NCBI GenBank assembly: GCA_023247825.1
Contig: JAHFFR010000001.1
Location: 23,009 to 87,008, forward strand
Direction: 5' to 3'
DNA length: 64,000 nt
DNA from: Candidatus Omnitrophota bacterium
GTDB lineage: Bacteria; Omnitrophota; Gorgyraeia; Gygaellales; Profunditerraquicolaceae
Positions 1 through 9,492 of the stretch are shown here, in pieces (the stretch's first letter is position 1; the number at the start of each line of letters is the position of its first letter). The translations under genes and the position numbers were made by a program. The notes beneath the pieces are model-generated. The model did no database searches. It was given only the letters and a program-made list of their open reading frames with translations, and was not told the origin of the DNA.

Positions 1-901
1 TCCGAACCGATAGAGCCCGCTGCCCCGGTGATTAGAACCTTTTTATCTTTCAGGTATTTAGCTATCTCGCACTCATCAATAGTTACAGTCTCCCTGCCTA
101 AAAGATCTTCAGGCCTTACCTCTCTTAAGCTAATCTTTAACTCTCCGCTTATGATCTTAGCCAAGCCCGGGACAATCTTCAACTTGATATTAGGCACTTT
201 GCAACAGGCGATTAAATCCCTGATTACCTCGCCTTTTGCCGAAGGAATAGCTAAAACAATCTCCTTTACATTATAATCCTTAGTAACCTTAGATATAGCG
301 AGCCTATCCCCTAAAATCCTCACCCCCTGGATAGTCCCATTCTGTTTTGCCTTATCATCATCGATAAAACCAACCACCTCTCCTAATGTGGGATTACGCC
401 TGTATTCTTTCAAAAGCAATATCCCCGCCTCTCCGGCTCCAACGATAAGCACATTAACCTGCTCATTTTTTAAAAGCGCTCCATGATACCTTTCCCTAAT
501 AATACGAGTTAAAAAACGTATTCCCCCTATAAAAAATACACAAATAATAAAATCGTTTATAAATATGAATCTGGGGACAATAGTTGCTCCAAATATAAAA
601 ATAGTGCCGGGAATAAAAACTACTGTAGCAACTATGTTAGCTTTTATTATTTGTTTAAGGTCATAAATACTTACATACCTCCAAAGGCCGTGAAATAAAC
701 CAAAATAATAAAAAACCGAAAGTTTGATAAGAACCAAAAACGGCAAAGTCTTAATAAAAACCTTAAAATAATCAACGGGCAGATTGAAATCAAAACGAAG
801 CACAAAAGACAGATAGTAAGATAAGGACACCAAAAATAAATTAATAAACAAGATAAGCGGGCGACGGTATTTTAACATAAACGCTTTATAAACTTTTTCC
901 A
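1..901 (-). CDS. CapD/PglF/WbpM-like membrane-bound NDP-sugar 4,6-dehydratase, N-terminal part (the gene runs off the window start)
   Basis: My own minus-strand translation starts at the ATG at 901-899, 8 bp after the stop of the upstream gene. It reads MEKVYKAFMLKYRRPLILFINLFLVSLSYYLSF... with about four TM helices, a VLIVGAGEAG segment, then VLITGAAGSIGS (Rossmann motif) at the window edge. The gene is missing from the ORF track because it has no in-window stop. Confidence 0.7.
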
Positions 902-908
902 TGGTTTT

Positions 909-1472
909 CTAGTGCGCTACCCCTTCTCTCTTTACGACCTTAAGCACTGTGACCATTATAATTTTTGCATCCAGAAGTAAACTCTTATTTTTTAAATAAT
1001 ACTCATCAAATTCAACCTTAACCGGGATAGGCAATTCATCCCGACCGTTAATCTGGGCCCATCCGGTAACTCCCGGGGTAAGAGTATGCACATTCTTTTT
1101 AGCCCTTAATTCTACCAAATCATCCTGGTTGAACAACGCCGGCCTGGGGCCTACAAATGTCATATCACCTGACACTATGTTAAATAATTGCGGCAGTTCG
1201 TCTAAACTGAATTTACGCAAAAAATAACCGACGGGCGTAATATACCGATCCGCGTCTTTAAAAAGATGCGTGGCAACTGCCGGGGTATCCGCACGCATCG
1301 TGCGAAATTTGCACATTTTAAATATCTTATTATTCTTTCCAACGCGGTCTGACCAGTATAACACCTGGCCGGGAGAGGTCAATTTAATAATTACCGCAAG
1401 CACAATTAACGGTAAGCTTAAGCAAACCAATAGCAAAACTGCAACAATTAAATCAAGAATACGCTTTATCAA
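909..1472 (-). CDS. Small PglC/WbaP-C-terminal-type initiating sugar phosphotransferase (polyprenyl-phosphate hexose-1-P transferase)
   Basis: 187 aa with one N-terminal TM helix. Carries the bacterial sugar transferase motifs KFRTMR and DELPQLFNIVSGDMTFVGPRP. Uses a TTG start. Confidence 0.85.
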   Translation of the reverse strand: MIKRILDLIVAVLLLVCLSLPLIVLAVIIKLTSPGQVLYWSDRVGKNNKIFKMCKFRTMRADTPAVATHLFKDADRYITPVGYFLRKFSLDELPQLFNIVSGDMTFVGPRPALFNQDDLVELRAKKNVHTLTPGVTGWAQINGRDELPIPVKVEFDEYYLKNKSLLLDAKIIMVTVLKVVKREGVAH

Positions 1473-1535
1473 ATATAACAGGCCTCCTTAAATGTACGCC
1501 TTATTATAATAATATGTCAAAAACTGATATCAAGG

Positions 1536-2987
1536 CTAATCTTTCCCTTCCATCTTGCTTAAAATTCCGGTTACGTAGCCGAAGGCCCTTTTGGGATTAT
1601 CGGGGGCTTTCTGCCCGACTATTTTAAAAGCCTCATCCACTTTAGCCGCGCCATAAATGTTAATAAACTTAGCGGTTTGCTCAATCACGCTTAAATCATA
1701 ACCTTTAAAAACCACAAAAGAATAGTCCCTGCTCTTGGTTATTAATTCTCTGCCATAACTATCCTCAAGGCGTCTTAAACCATGCTCAAATTCGCGCATA
1801 TCATATAACCCTAAGAAAACTATTGTTGGCGGCATCCTATCCTCGTACCCTTGATCAATCGAGCCATACCTGACATTAATTATATTGAAATCCCTCAACG
1901 CTTTCATTCCCGCGTAAAGCGCGTTTCTGTTTACTCCATATTTTTCGCTAATCTGGGGGCGAGAAAGCATCCATTCCGGAGGATACAGTTTAGGCCCTAT
2001 TTCGGCTAAATTAACCAAAAGACAGGCCTTAGCAGCCATATTCAATCTATTTGCCCAGCCATAATCCCAATAGGACAGAGGAATATTAAAGCTTTCCCCT
2101 TCTGCATTTTTTAACAACTTTATTTTAATTGGCTGATTGAATTGAGTATCTATTTCAACTAATTTGTATAGCCTGCTTAAACCCCGAAGCTGGCGGTTTA
2201 TCTCCTTGCGGTAAATCAGCCGATCCATATCTTTTAGCAATCCTAAACTATCAGCCAATGCTTCGTAATTTGTATCAACCGCGCCTTTGGCATTACCGTC
2301 ATAATCCCTTAAAAGTAAAAGCCAGATGTCAAAACCTCTTTCATTGTGCCTGCGGAGCATTTCTGGAACAACCCCGTTTTTTCCCATTGCCCAACAGGGA
2401 ATTTTAACACTTAAGCCCTCCTCTAATTCAGGCCCTGAGAGTTTAATCTTCGAAAAATCATCCAAAAGCCGCCTGGCGAGATCAAAAGAGTTAATTAAAA
2501 ACGATACTTCATTATTTAAGGAGAGCGAGGCATCAGACCAGTTGTGGCTGCCGGAAATAATAATCCTTTGATCAATCACAATGGCTTTAGTATGGGTGTA
2601 GGCCTGGACGCTGTCAAAACAAACGTCAATCCCCTTTTCTTTAAGAAATTTAAAGGCTTCAAAATTGGGCGCGCCGGAAGCAAGGCCGGAACCACTCCTT
2701 TGGTAGTCCAAGATAACCTTAACGTTTACACCGCGAAGCTTAGCTTTGACAAGTTCGTCGATTAGTTGAGAAACTTTTGAATTTTTATCTTCTTTGTTGA
2801 AGCTGATCAAATACATCACTATAAAGATGGATTTCTTAGCCTGAGAAATTGCCTCTTGCGCGGCGGGGAAATACTCTTGGTTGTTAAGGCGAACAACATC
2901 GGCCGGGAGACAAAATGCTTGGGTTGCAACCAGAAGGAGGAAAAGGCAAATTAGAGCTTTATGTATTTTGTTTTTTCTGATGGACAA
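1536..2987 (-). CDS. Secreted phospholipase-D-superfamily protein with a single HKD motif plus a ~280-aa C-terminal domain of unknown function
   Basis: N-terminal signal peptide (MSIRKNKIHKALICLFLLLVATQAFC). One HxK(x4)D(x6)GSxN motif (YTHTKAIVIDQRIIISGSHNWS). No second HKD motif seen. The C-terminal half has no recognisable motif. Confidence 0.6.
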   Translation of the reverse strand: MSIRKNKIHKALICLFLLLVATQAFCLPADVVRLNNQEYFPAAQEAISQAKKSIFIVMYLISFNKEDKNSKVSQLIDELVKAKLRGVNVKVILDYQRSGSGLASGAPNFEAFKFLKEKGIDVCFDSVQAYTHTKAIVIDQRIIISGSHNWSDASLSLNNEVSFLINSFDLARRLLDDFSKIKLSGPELEEGLSVKIPCWAMGKNGVVPEMLRRHNERGFDIWLLLLRDYDGNAKGAVDTNYEALADSLGLLKDMDRLIYRKEINRQLRGLSRLYKLVEIDTQFNQPIKIKLLKNAEGESFNIPLSYWDYGWANRLNMAAKACLLVNLAEIGPKLYPPEWMLSRPQISEKYGVNRNALYAGMKALRDFNIINVRYGSIDQGYEDRMPPTIVFLGLYDMREFEHGLRRLEDSYGRELITKSRDYSFVVFKGYDLSVIEQTAKFINIYGAAKVDEAFKIVGQKAPDNPKRAFGYVTGILSKMEGKD

Positions 2988-3099
2988 TTTTAATTAGTCC
3001 TCTAGCTTAATGGTTATGCTTTTTAAACCGACAGGGAATTCTTTCTTCCTTCTGCCATGTGGAACCTCCTGTTTATGAGAATCTTATATCTAAATTTAG

Positions 3100-3414
3100 T
3101 TAATACGCTTTAACCGTCTCTCTTATTCCTTCCTCCATGGTAAAAGGCGGTTTCCAGCCCAATAAATTGTGGATTTTACTGCTATCAACAAGCAGAGTCC
3201 CTGTTAATTTTTCCACCTCTTCGCCCTTGCCTGCAATCTTACACAGCACCTTTAGAATGCCAGGATGTAAAGAAAATAGAAACGCCTTCTTCTTCATTGC
3301 AGAAGCGATCATCCTTATCAAATCTGGAGTAGAAATATCCTGCCCATCACTTACTAAGAAAGTCTCCCCTGCCGCTTTTGGGTGCTGGACGCAAGTTATA
3401 ATAGCATCAACCAA
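3100..3414 (-). pseudogene. Duplicated 3' fragment of the NAD-dependent epimerase gene at 4800..5738 (orphan C-terminal 104 codons)
   Basis: The nucleotide sequence 3112..3414 is identical to 4812..5114. The translation VDAIITCVQHPKAAGETFLV... matches the C-terminus of the 312-aa epimerase except for the last three residues. Confidence 0.7.
3112..3414. repeat. Left copy of a 303-bp perfect direct repeat
   Basis: Identical to 4812..5114 by direct comparison. Identity breaks at 3111/4811 and at 3415/5115. Confidence 0.85.
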
Positions 3415-4723
3415 CTTCGGCCAAAAGCCATTTCCAGAGAGGCACTATTTTCACCGTATGACCGTTCAACTTTTCTTCGCCTTCCGTTGCGTCCGTGACG
3501 ATAGTCGCATCTGTAATGTTCAAATCTTTCATGCCTTTATGAAGGCTGCGCAACTCTCGATTCCTTGTCTTTTCATCCTGCATATTCCAGCAGACTTGAA
3601 TTAAGCTCGTTACTTTCAAGCCTTCCTTGATAACGAAATCAACCTCGCTGTGATGGATATCTTTCCAATAAAACAGCTCAATATTCGGATTTAAATTTTG
3701 TTTCCGTTTGAGCGCCACAAAAACAACATTCTCGGCGAGTCTCCCATAATTCTCCGAAAATCTAAAACCAACAGCATTGCATAAACCGGTATCAATCGCG
3801 TAAATTTTGCGCGGACTTTTTTCCTGTTCTTTAACCTTGAATGAAAATCGTTTTAATGAAAAAACTAGATACGCCTGCTCAAGATATCCGGTATAGCTCT
3901 TGACGCTGGTTATCGACATATCAAGTGAACGTTCTATTGATTTAAATGTAGAAGGCGCGGAGATATTAGAAAGGTAATACTTCACAATGGTTCTTAAGTC
4001 CTGAGCTTTCTTTATCTTGAATCTTCGTAAAAGATCTTTAGTTATTACATCCTCAAAATAGCTTAATAAAATCTCTTTTTTCTGCTCTGACAGAACGACT
4101 TCGGGGAATGAACCATATTCAATGTATTTTCGTAAAGCTCCTTTTATTTCCGATTCCCTTCCGATTAACCCCAGCTTGCCGGTCAACGAGATATTATTAA
4201 AAGAAAGAAATTCCCCGAACGATAACGGAAAGACCTCCATATCAAGATGCCTGCCGGTAAGCAATGTTCCAAGTTCCCGGCTTAAGAGGAGCGCGTTTGA
4301 ACCAGATATAATTATTTTTGCCTTTGAAAGCTCATGCATCATCCTAACCCATTTCTCGAAGCCTTCTATTTCCTGTATTTCATCAATGAATAAGATCGGA
4401 GTGTTTTGGGCAGATATGTATTCGCGGTAAGTCTCAAAAATCTTGCTTAAAAGCGAAACTCCCGACTCAGTAAACCGCGGATCCTCAAAATTGACATGCA
4501 TTATATCCTTTGAATTATACCCACTATTGATCAGCCTCTTTATCATTTGACGTATGATAAATGATTTGCCTGCGCGCCTCGGGCCCATTATAGTAATAAC
4601 TTGGTTAGACGAAAAAAGGGATTCAAGTTTCGAAATATAGATAGGCCTTGAAACGCCTATTTTCTGGTCTCGATTCCAAAAATTCCAATCATCAAGTATC
4701 TGAATTATCTCATTTTTTGTCAT
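3407..4723 (-). CDS. AAA+ ATPase of the AAA_14/DUF4143 (COG1373-like) family, the only gene between the two repeat copies
   Basis: Walker A (IMGPRRAGKSF) and Walker B (ILFIDEIQEI) motifs. The C-terminal region is typical of DUF4143. The last 8 bp including the stop codon lie inside the left repeat copy. Confidence 0.8.
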   Translation of the reverse strand: MTKNEIIQILDDWNFWNRDQKIGVSRPIYISKLESLFSSNQVITIMGPRRAGKSFIIRQMIKRLINSGYNSKDIMHVNFEDPRFTESGVSLLSKIFETYREYISAQNTPILFIDEIQEIEGFEKWVRMMHELSKAKIIISGSNALLLSRELGTLLTGRHLDMEVFPLSFGEFLSFNNISLTGKLGLIGRESEIKGALRKYIEYGSFPEVVLSEQKKEILLSYFEDVITKDLLRRFKIKKAQDLRTIVKYYLSNISAPSTFKSIERSLDMSITSVKSYTGYLEQAYLVFSLKRFSFKVKEQEKSPRKIYAIDTGLCNAVGFRFSENYGRLAENVVFVALKRKQNLNPNIELFYWKDIHHSEVDFVIKEGLKVTSLIQVCWNMQDEKTRNRELRSLHKGMKDLNITDATIVTDATEGEEKLNGHTVKIVPLWKWLLAEVG

Positions 4724-4799
4724 TTATCACCTCACTATGTAACAAGATTTCTAAATCCTATTATTTACATAGTAAATATACACCAAAATTACCGTTTTG

Positions 4800-5738
4800 T
4801 CAATCATATACAACCGTCTCTCTTATTCCTTCCTCCATGGTAAAAGGCGGTTTCCAGCCCAATAAATTGTGGATTTTACTGCTATCAACAAGCAGAGTCC
4901 CTGTTAATTTTTCCACCTCTTCGCCCTTGCCTGCAATCTTACACAGCACCTTTAGAATGCCAGGATGTAAAGAAAATAGAAACGCCTTCTTCTTCATTGC
5001 AGAAGCGATCATCCTTATCAAATCTGGAGTAGAAATATCCTGCCCATCACTTACTAAGAAAGTCTCCCCTGCCGCTTTTGGGTGCTGGACGCAAGTTATA
5101 ATAGCATCAACCAAATTACCAAGATAAATAAAACTGCGCCGATTATTAATATCCTTGAACGGCAAAGGCAAGCCAGAACCAACAAGTTTAATCAAACTCT
5201 TAAAATTAGCCTTTACTCCCGGTCCATAAACCAAAGGCAGCCGTAAAATTACTGTCTGAAGGCCGGTTTCGGCAGCTATTCGAGACAATACCCGCTCTGC
5301 CTCCATCTTGCTGATACCATAAACATCCTGAGGTTCAGGAAGATCATCTTCGGTATACGACCAAGAAGCTCCTTCGCCATTTATTTTGACCGAACTGATA
5401 AAAATGAACCTTTTGACTCCTGCTTTTGCGGCCATTTGCGCCAATCGTTCGCTCCCCATAATATTAACTTTCCGGAAAGCATTAAGAGGATTAGACGCTG
5501 AATCATTCATAACATGGACTCGTGCCGCCAAATGAATAACCGTATCAACACCAACTAATGCCTCTTGCCAATCAGTTTGAGGGCCGATATCACCAATTTC
5601 AACTGTTTTGCAATTAATAGGCAATCTAATATCTATATTATGCCGCACCGCTGCGCGCAGATTAAAACCATAATCACTCAAGGTTTCACATAATGCCCTT
5701 CCAATAAAACCTGTCGCACCGGTAATTAATATCTTCAT
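4800..5738 (-). CDS. NAD-dependent epimerase/dehydratase (extended SDR), likely NDP-sugar 4-epimerase/reductase
   Basis: Starts MKILITGATGFIGRAL. Carries a YGISK (YxxxK) catalytic motif. 312 aa. Confidence 0.8.
   Translation of the reverse strand: MKILITGATGFIGRALCETLSDYGFNLRAAVRHNIDIRLPINCKTVEIGDIGPQTDWQEALVGVDTVIHLAARVHVMNDSASNPLNAFRKVNIMGSERLAQMAAKAGVKRFIFISSVKINGEGASWSYTEDDLPEPQDVYGISKMEAERVLSRIAAETGLQTVILRLPLVYGPGVKANFKSLIKLVGSGLPLPFKDINNRRSFIYLGNLVDAIITCVQHPKAAGETFLVSDGQDISTPDLIRMIASAMKKKAFLFSLHPGILKVLCKIAGKGEEVEKLTGTLLVDSSKIHNLLGWKPPFTMEEGIRETVVYD
4812..5114. repeat. Right copy of the 303-bp perfect direct repeat
   Basis: Identical to 3112..3414. Lies inside the 3' end of the epimerase CDS at 4800..5738. 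Confidence 0.85.
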
Positions 5739-5805
5739 AATCTGTATTTAACGTCCAGCGTTTTGACAATTAGGTTTTTCAGCGGATTGGTTGGCGGCTT
5801 GGCCG

Positions 5806-6987
5806 TCAGCGCAACCATGTATATATATCAGAGGCATTATTCGGTGGCTGTTTGATAACCTTATCCCAGAGTTCCCTATCCAATACCGCCCACATTTTTT
5901 TAAATTCTTCGTTTAACATATCCAATGTTTCCGGAATCACGGTAATCTGTTGTACTGGGCTCGAGAAAAGCGCCCGGGCAAAATTGCCATTTTGAATAAA
6001 GCCCATTGTAAGCAATGGTTCGGATAAAGAATTAAGGAGAAGAAATGGTTTGGAACCGAAAAGCGCCATGCTGCCGGGCCCGGAAGCCGCTCCCATATGT
6101 ATGGCCGCGCCATTGATCAGGGCCAGATCCTGTTCAACGCCCGCGCGAAAGTCTTTTGTCATGAGCACATTTGAGCAGCGCTTGAAACGTTCGTCCATTT
6201 CGGATTCCGCTCCGATGATGATGAATTTAACCGGATATTGCTCTTTGCATACGGTAAAGAATTCAAGCCAGACATCATAATTAGAATTACGGCCTGGGTT
6301 AACTTTATTCTTTCGCAATTGAACTGTTACCGGAAGAAAAGGAAAGACATGTTTGTGCATAAAATCAGAGGCCCAAGAAAGCATATTGGGCCTTGGATTC
6401 AAAGCGGGGAGCCGGTTATTTTTTTGGTAATACTCAGCAAGGAGTTCGTGATAAATACGATAGATCAGGTACTCCCGGGAAAAATACGTTCCTGCCGACG
6501 GCCAAACCAGATATCGGTCCATATTGTCCGCCACAAAACGTTCCAGATGGTCATGGCTATTAAACAGGAATAGAGAGCCAAGGCGCGAGTTCATCTGCGC
6601 TACGGGAAGAATCAAAGCCAGGTGAAAAAGGTAATTATCTTCGGTGATACCGGACAGGACAGGATCAGGAGCGGCGGGGCGAGCAGGGTTGTAGACCAAC
6701 GCAAAATCGACGGCCGCACAATTATTTTTCTCGAGCAAAACAAGGCCGGCTTCCTGAAAAGTAAGAATGTCGCCGACACTATAGGGCTGGCTTGTCAGGT
6801 CATAAATCATCAGGACACGCCGATCTTCTTTCCGGACGACACAAAAAATACTATGCGGTAAGGCAAAAAACCAGGCAAATATGCCTATAATTCTGTATAT
6901 GGGACTTCTAACCGCGCGAAATACGGCCGCACACGGAGGAGAAGTATTTCTTAATCTTTTAGCGATATTCCACAAACGCCGCCACAT
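5806..6987 (-). CDS. Hypothetical protein, possibly a GT9 (heptosyltransferase-like) glycosyltransferase
   Basis: Weak resemblance to GT9 motifs (VLMIYDLTSQPYSVGDILT; HMGAASGPGSMALFG compared with D(T/S)GPMHLAAA..LFG). No firm family call. Confidence 0.4.
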   Translation of the reverse strand: MWRRLWNIAKRLRNTSPPCAAVFRAVRSPIYRIIGIFAWFFALPHSIFCVVRKEDRRVLMIYDLTSQPYSVGDILTFQEAGLVLLEKNNCAAVDFALVYNPARPAAPDPVLSGITEDNYLFHLALILPVAQMNSRLGSLFLFNSHDHLERFVADNMDRYLVWPSAGTYFSREYLIYRIYHELLAEYYQKNNRLPALNPRPNMLSWASDFMHKHVFPFLPVTVQLRKNKVNPGRNSNYDVWLEFFTVCKEQYPVKFIIIGAESEMDERFKRCSNVLMTKDFRAGVEQDLALINGAAIHMGAASGPGSMALFGSKPFLLLNSLSEPLLTMGFIQNGNFARALFSSPVQQITVIPETLDMLNEEFKKMWAVLDRELWDKVIKQPPNNASDIYTWLR

Positions 6988-7048
6988 AAATCCCCCTCAT
7001 TATTTTAAAATATTATAATATATTCTACCATCACCTTTATAATACTAT
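6988..7048 (-). promoter_or_regulatory. AT-rich intergenic leader with a strong SD (GAGGGGG) 7 bp upstream of the ATG of the 5806..6987 gene; possible internal promoter (TAGAAT / TATAAT-like hexamers)
   Basis: The reverse complement reads ...ggtgatggTAGAATatatTATAATattttaaaataatGAGGGGGatttATG. This is one of the few >50-bp gaps in the operon. Confidence 0.25.
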
Positions 7049-8419
7049 CTACCCTTTTAAATTACTGTGCCAGCTTATTCTGCAGTATTGCCAAGTTACA
7101 AATACCAGAGGAATTATTATAATGTTTACAATCAAATATCCCATGGCGACCCCGGCAGCTGAATAATATTTTCCCAGAATAATTGTTAACCCTCCGATAA
7201 GCGCTCCTGCCATAACCGATAAGAATACGAGTGGTTCTTTTTTATGCGCACGCAAATATCCTGACGCGGGAAGCGATACGCTTACAATAATCTGCGCCAA
7301 TAAAAAAATAGCTACCGTTAATGGTGGTAGAAACCTTACGGCAAATTTACTATGAAAATTATATAGCAAAAAAATACCAAACCAAATCGATAAACCTAAA
7401 ATTACAGAAACAATTAAAACAACCCTTGTCATCTTAAAGAATAGCTTATCCAGTGTTTCGTAATCTTTCTTAGCGATAAGCATTCCGAATCTAGGAATTT
7501 TTGGCGCAAGCCAGGCACTCGATATCCAAATAACAATCCCTACCAAATTCCATGTCATTCCCATTTGCCCTGCGACGACTGACCCGTGGAATTTGAATAA
7601 TACCGGCGTAAATAACGAAAAAACAAAATATCCACCAACCCAAGAGACAGCTATCCTCCATTGCATTGGGAAGATATCCTTATACCATTTAATCCGCGGC
7701 CCTTTCGCATTAAGAAAAAACAGGCTTCTGAAAAAATACCAATATTTGTATTTTATGAAGAATAGGCCGCACGCCAGAAACATTATACTTGAAACAGAAA
7801 GCGCAAAAAGCCCTGCCCCGGATAAGATTGCAATCCAAATAGATAAGTTTACCAGTAATCCTTGCCAAAACTTAAAAAAATATAATTCTGCAAGTTGATT
7901 GCACCCTTCCAGCAGCGACCATATCGGGGCCAGGCAAAGATTTATACCAGTTAAAAAACATAAGCTAAACCATGGAAATACCCAACTGATACCGGATTTT
8001 TGTGATTCTAAAAAGAATACATACCCGCCTATTCCTAAAAAAAGAATTAGGAAGGCCGCGCCGACTGCATACCATCTTAAAGACAACCGTGCTAAACTAC
8101 CCAGCCTTGACAGCGCTTCTTCACTGCCCGCTATAAAACCTTTTTCTGTAATACTAAGGCGCGACCATTCATGGCTTGCAAATTGAATGATTACAACTCC
8201 AAGGCCTAGCTCCACAAAAACCTGTAGCGCAAGAAGCGTGCTGAAGGTATAGTAATACCCCTGTAATTCAGGCGAAAATTTGATAATGATAAGTATAATC
8301 GTAATGGGGCCTGTGATGATCAACCATGCTTTCGATAAGATACTAAAAAATGCGGGCCGATCAACTTCAATCTTCCGCAAATTATTCTTAATAAAATTTC
8401 TCGCCTCGGATATTTTCAT
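7049..8419 (-). CDS. Polytopic membrane protein, Wzx-like (MOP/polysaccharide biosynthesis flippase family) candidate
   Basis: 456 aa with about 12 predicted TM helices and a Wzx-like N-terminal region (IIIKFSPELQGYYYTFSTLLALQVFVELGLG). Confidence 0.55.
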   Translation of the reverse strand: MKISEARNFIKNNLRKIEVDRPAFFSILSKAWLIITGPITIILIIIKFSPELQGYYYTFSTLLALQVFVELGLGVVIIQFASHEWSRLSITEKGFIAGSEEALSRLGSLARLSLRWYAVGAAFLILFLGIGGYVFFLESQKSGISWVFPWFSLCFLTGINLCLAPIWSLLEGCNQLAELYFFKFWQGLLVNLSIWIAILSGAGLFALSVSSIMFLACGLFFIKYKYWYFFRSLFFLNAKGPRIKWYKDIFPMQWRIAVSWVGGYFVFSLFTPVLFKFHGSVVAGQMGMTWNLVGIVIWISSAWLAPKIPRFGMLIAKKDYETLDKLFFKMTRVVLIVSVILGLSIWFGIFLLYNFHSKFAVRFLPPLTVAIFLLAQIIVSVSLPASGYLRAHKKEPLVFLSVMAGALIGGLTIILGKYYSAAGVAMGYLIVNIIIIPLVFVTWQYCRISWHSNLKG

Positions 8420-9477
8420 TTCTTAAACCTTTGACTTGGGCCCATATTTATTAATATGCGGCCCCCTGTTCCCTTCTTTAGCTTATTCAGCGCCTTATTG
8501 ATATTTGACAAACTACACATATCGCCGATAAGCTCGCCGATTTTTAATTTTCCGGATAAATATAAATCCGCATACATCGGTATATCAATATCGGGGTTTG
8601 TTCCGCCACCCCAAGCGCCTACGATCCCTTTACCTTTTATCAAATTAAAGGGGTCAATCGATATTTTATCTCCCTGCGGCAAATTACCCGTTATTATACA
8701 AAGCCCGCCTTTATCGCGGACTGACTGAAAAGCGGCTTCCATCATCGCCCTACTTCCCGAACATTCAACCGCATAATCAACGCCCTTACCTGCCGTAATT
8801 TCCATTATACAAGATAAAACGCCGCCTTTCTTAGCGTTTATTATATCTGTAGCACCAAGTTGCCGGGCCTTTTCAAGTTTATACTCAAACTTATCAACCC
8901 CGATAATACTGGGAACACCTATCATCCGCGCAGCCAATAAAGCGCTCAACCCAATACCACCCAATCCAAAAATAGCTATACTGTTGGCATATCCTTTTTT
9001 TATTGCTTTAATCACAATACCTGCGCCGGTTGGAATAGCGCATCCGAACAATGCGGCTTCCTTTAAAGGTATGCCGTCAGGAATTCTGACTACGCGATTT
9101 TCAGAAACTACCGCTTTCGTCAAAAATGTTGAGATAGCTCCTGAATTAACAATGCCACCATTGCCTTTTAAGTATTGGCAGGATGGGACATCTATTCCGG
9201 AGCCTTTTAACCATGTTAATACCACAAGATCGCCAACTTTAACTTTTTTTACACTTTCGCCAATCGCCGCTACTACACCCGACCCCTCATGCCCAAGAGT
9301 ATGCGGCAAAAACCTATCCTCCCCTTTCAATCCACCGATTTCATTCAACTGTGAATGACAAATGCCGCTATAAGCTATTTTTACCAATACCTGGCCATGT
9401 TTCAGCTCTGGAACTGTCAGCTCCTCGATGCGTAAAGGATTATTTATTTTCTCTAATACAGCCGCTAAAGTTTTCAT
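8416..9477 (-). CDS. Zinc-dependent medium-chain alcohol dehydrogenase/reductase
   Basis: GHEGSGVV zinc-ligand motif, a GLGGIGLSA Rossmann motif and a GICHSQ motif. 353 aa. Confidence 0.8.
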   Translation of the reverse strand: MKTLAAVLEKINNPLRIEELTVPELKHGQVLVKIAYSGICHSQLNEIGGLKGEDRFLPHTLGHEGSGVVAAIGESVKKVKVGDLVVLTWLKGSGIDVPSCQYLKGNGGIVNSGAISTFLTKAVVSENRVVRIPDGIPLKEAALFGCAIPTGAGIVIKAIKKGYANSIAIFGLGGIGLSALLAARMIGVPSIIGVDKFEYKLEKARQLGATDIINAKKGGVLSCIMEITAGKGVDYAVECSGSRAMMEAAFQSVRDKGGLCIITGNLPQGDKISIDPFNLIKGKGIVGAWGGGTNPDIDIPMYADLYLSGKLKIGELIGDMCSLSNINKALNKLKKGTGGRILINMGPSQRFKK

Positions 9478-9492
9478 TTCATTTACCTATCT

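Noticed and set aside
3137-3604. Plus-strand ORFs 3137-3604 and 4648-5127 (155 and 159 aa) that share a long identical segment
   Set aside because: Both are antisense to the duplicated epimerase 3' segment. Their identity simply reflects the 303-bp direct repeat, not a real paralogous gene.
1536-4723. PLD-family protein plus adjacent AAA+ ATPase as a two-gene defence system
   Set aside because: The PLD protein has a secretion signal, which argues against a cytoplasmic defence nuclease. The ATPase lies inside the 303-bp-repeat insertion while the PLD gene lies outside it, so the adjacency is probably incidental.
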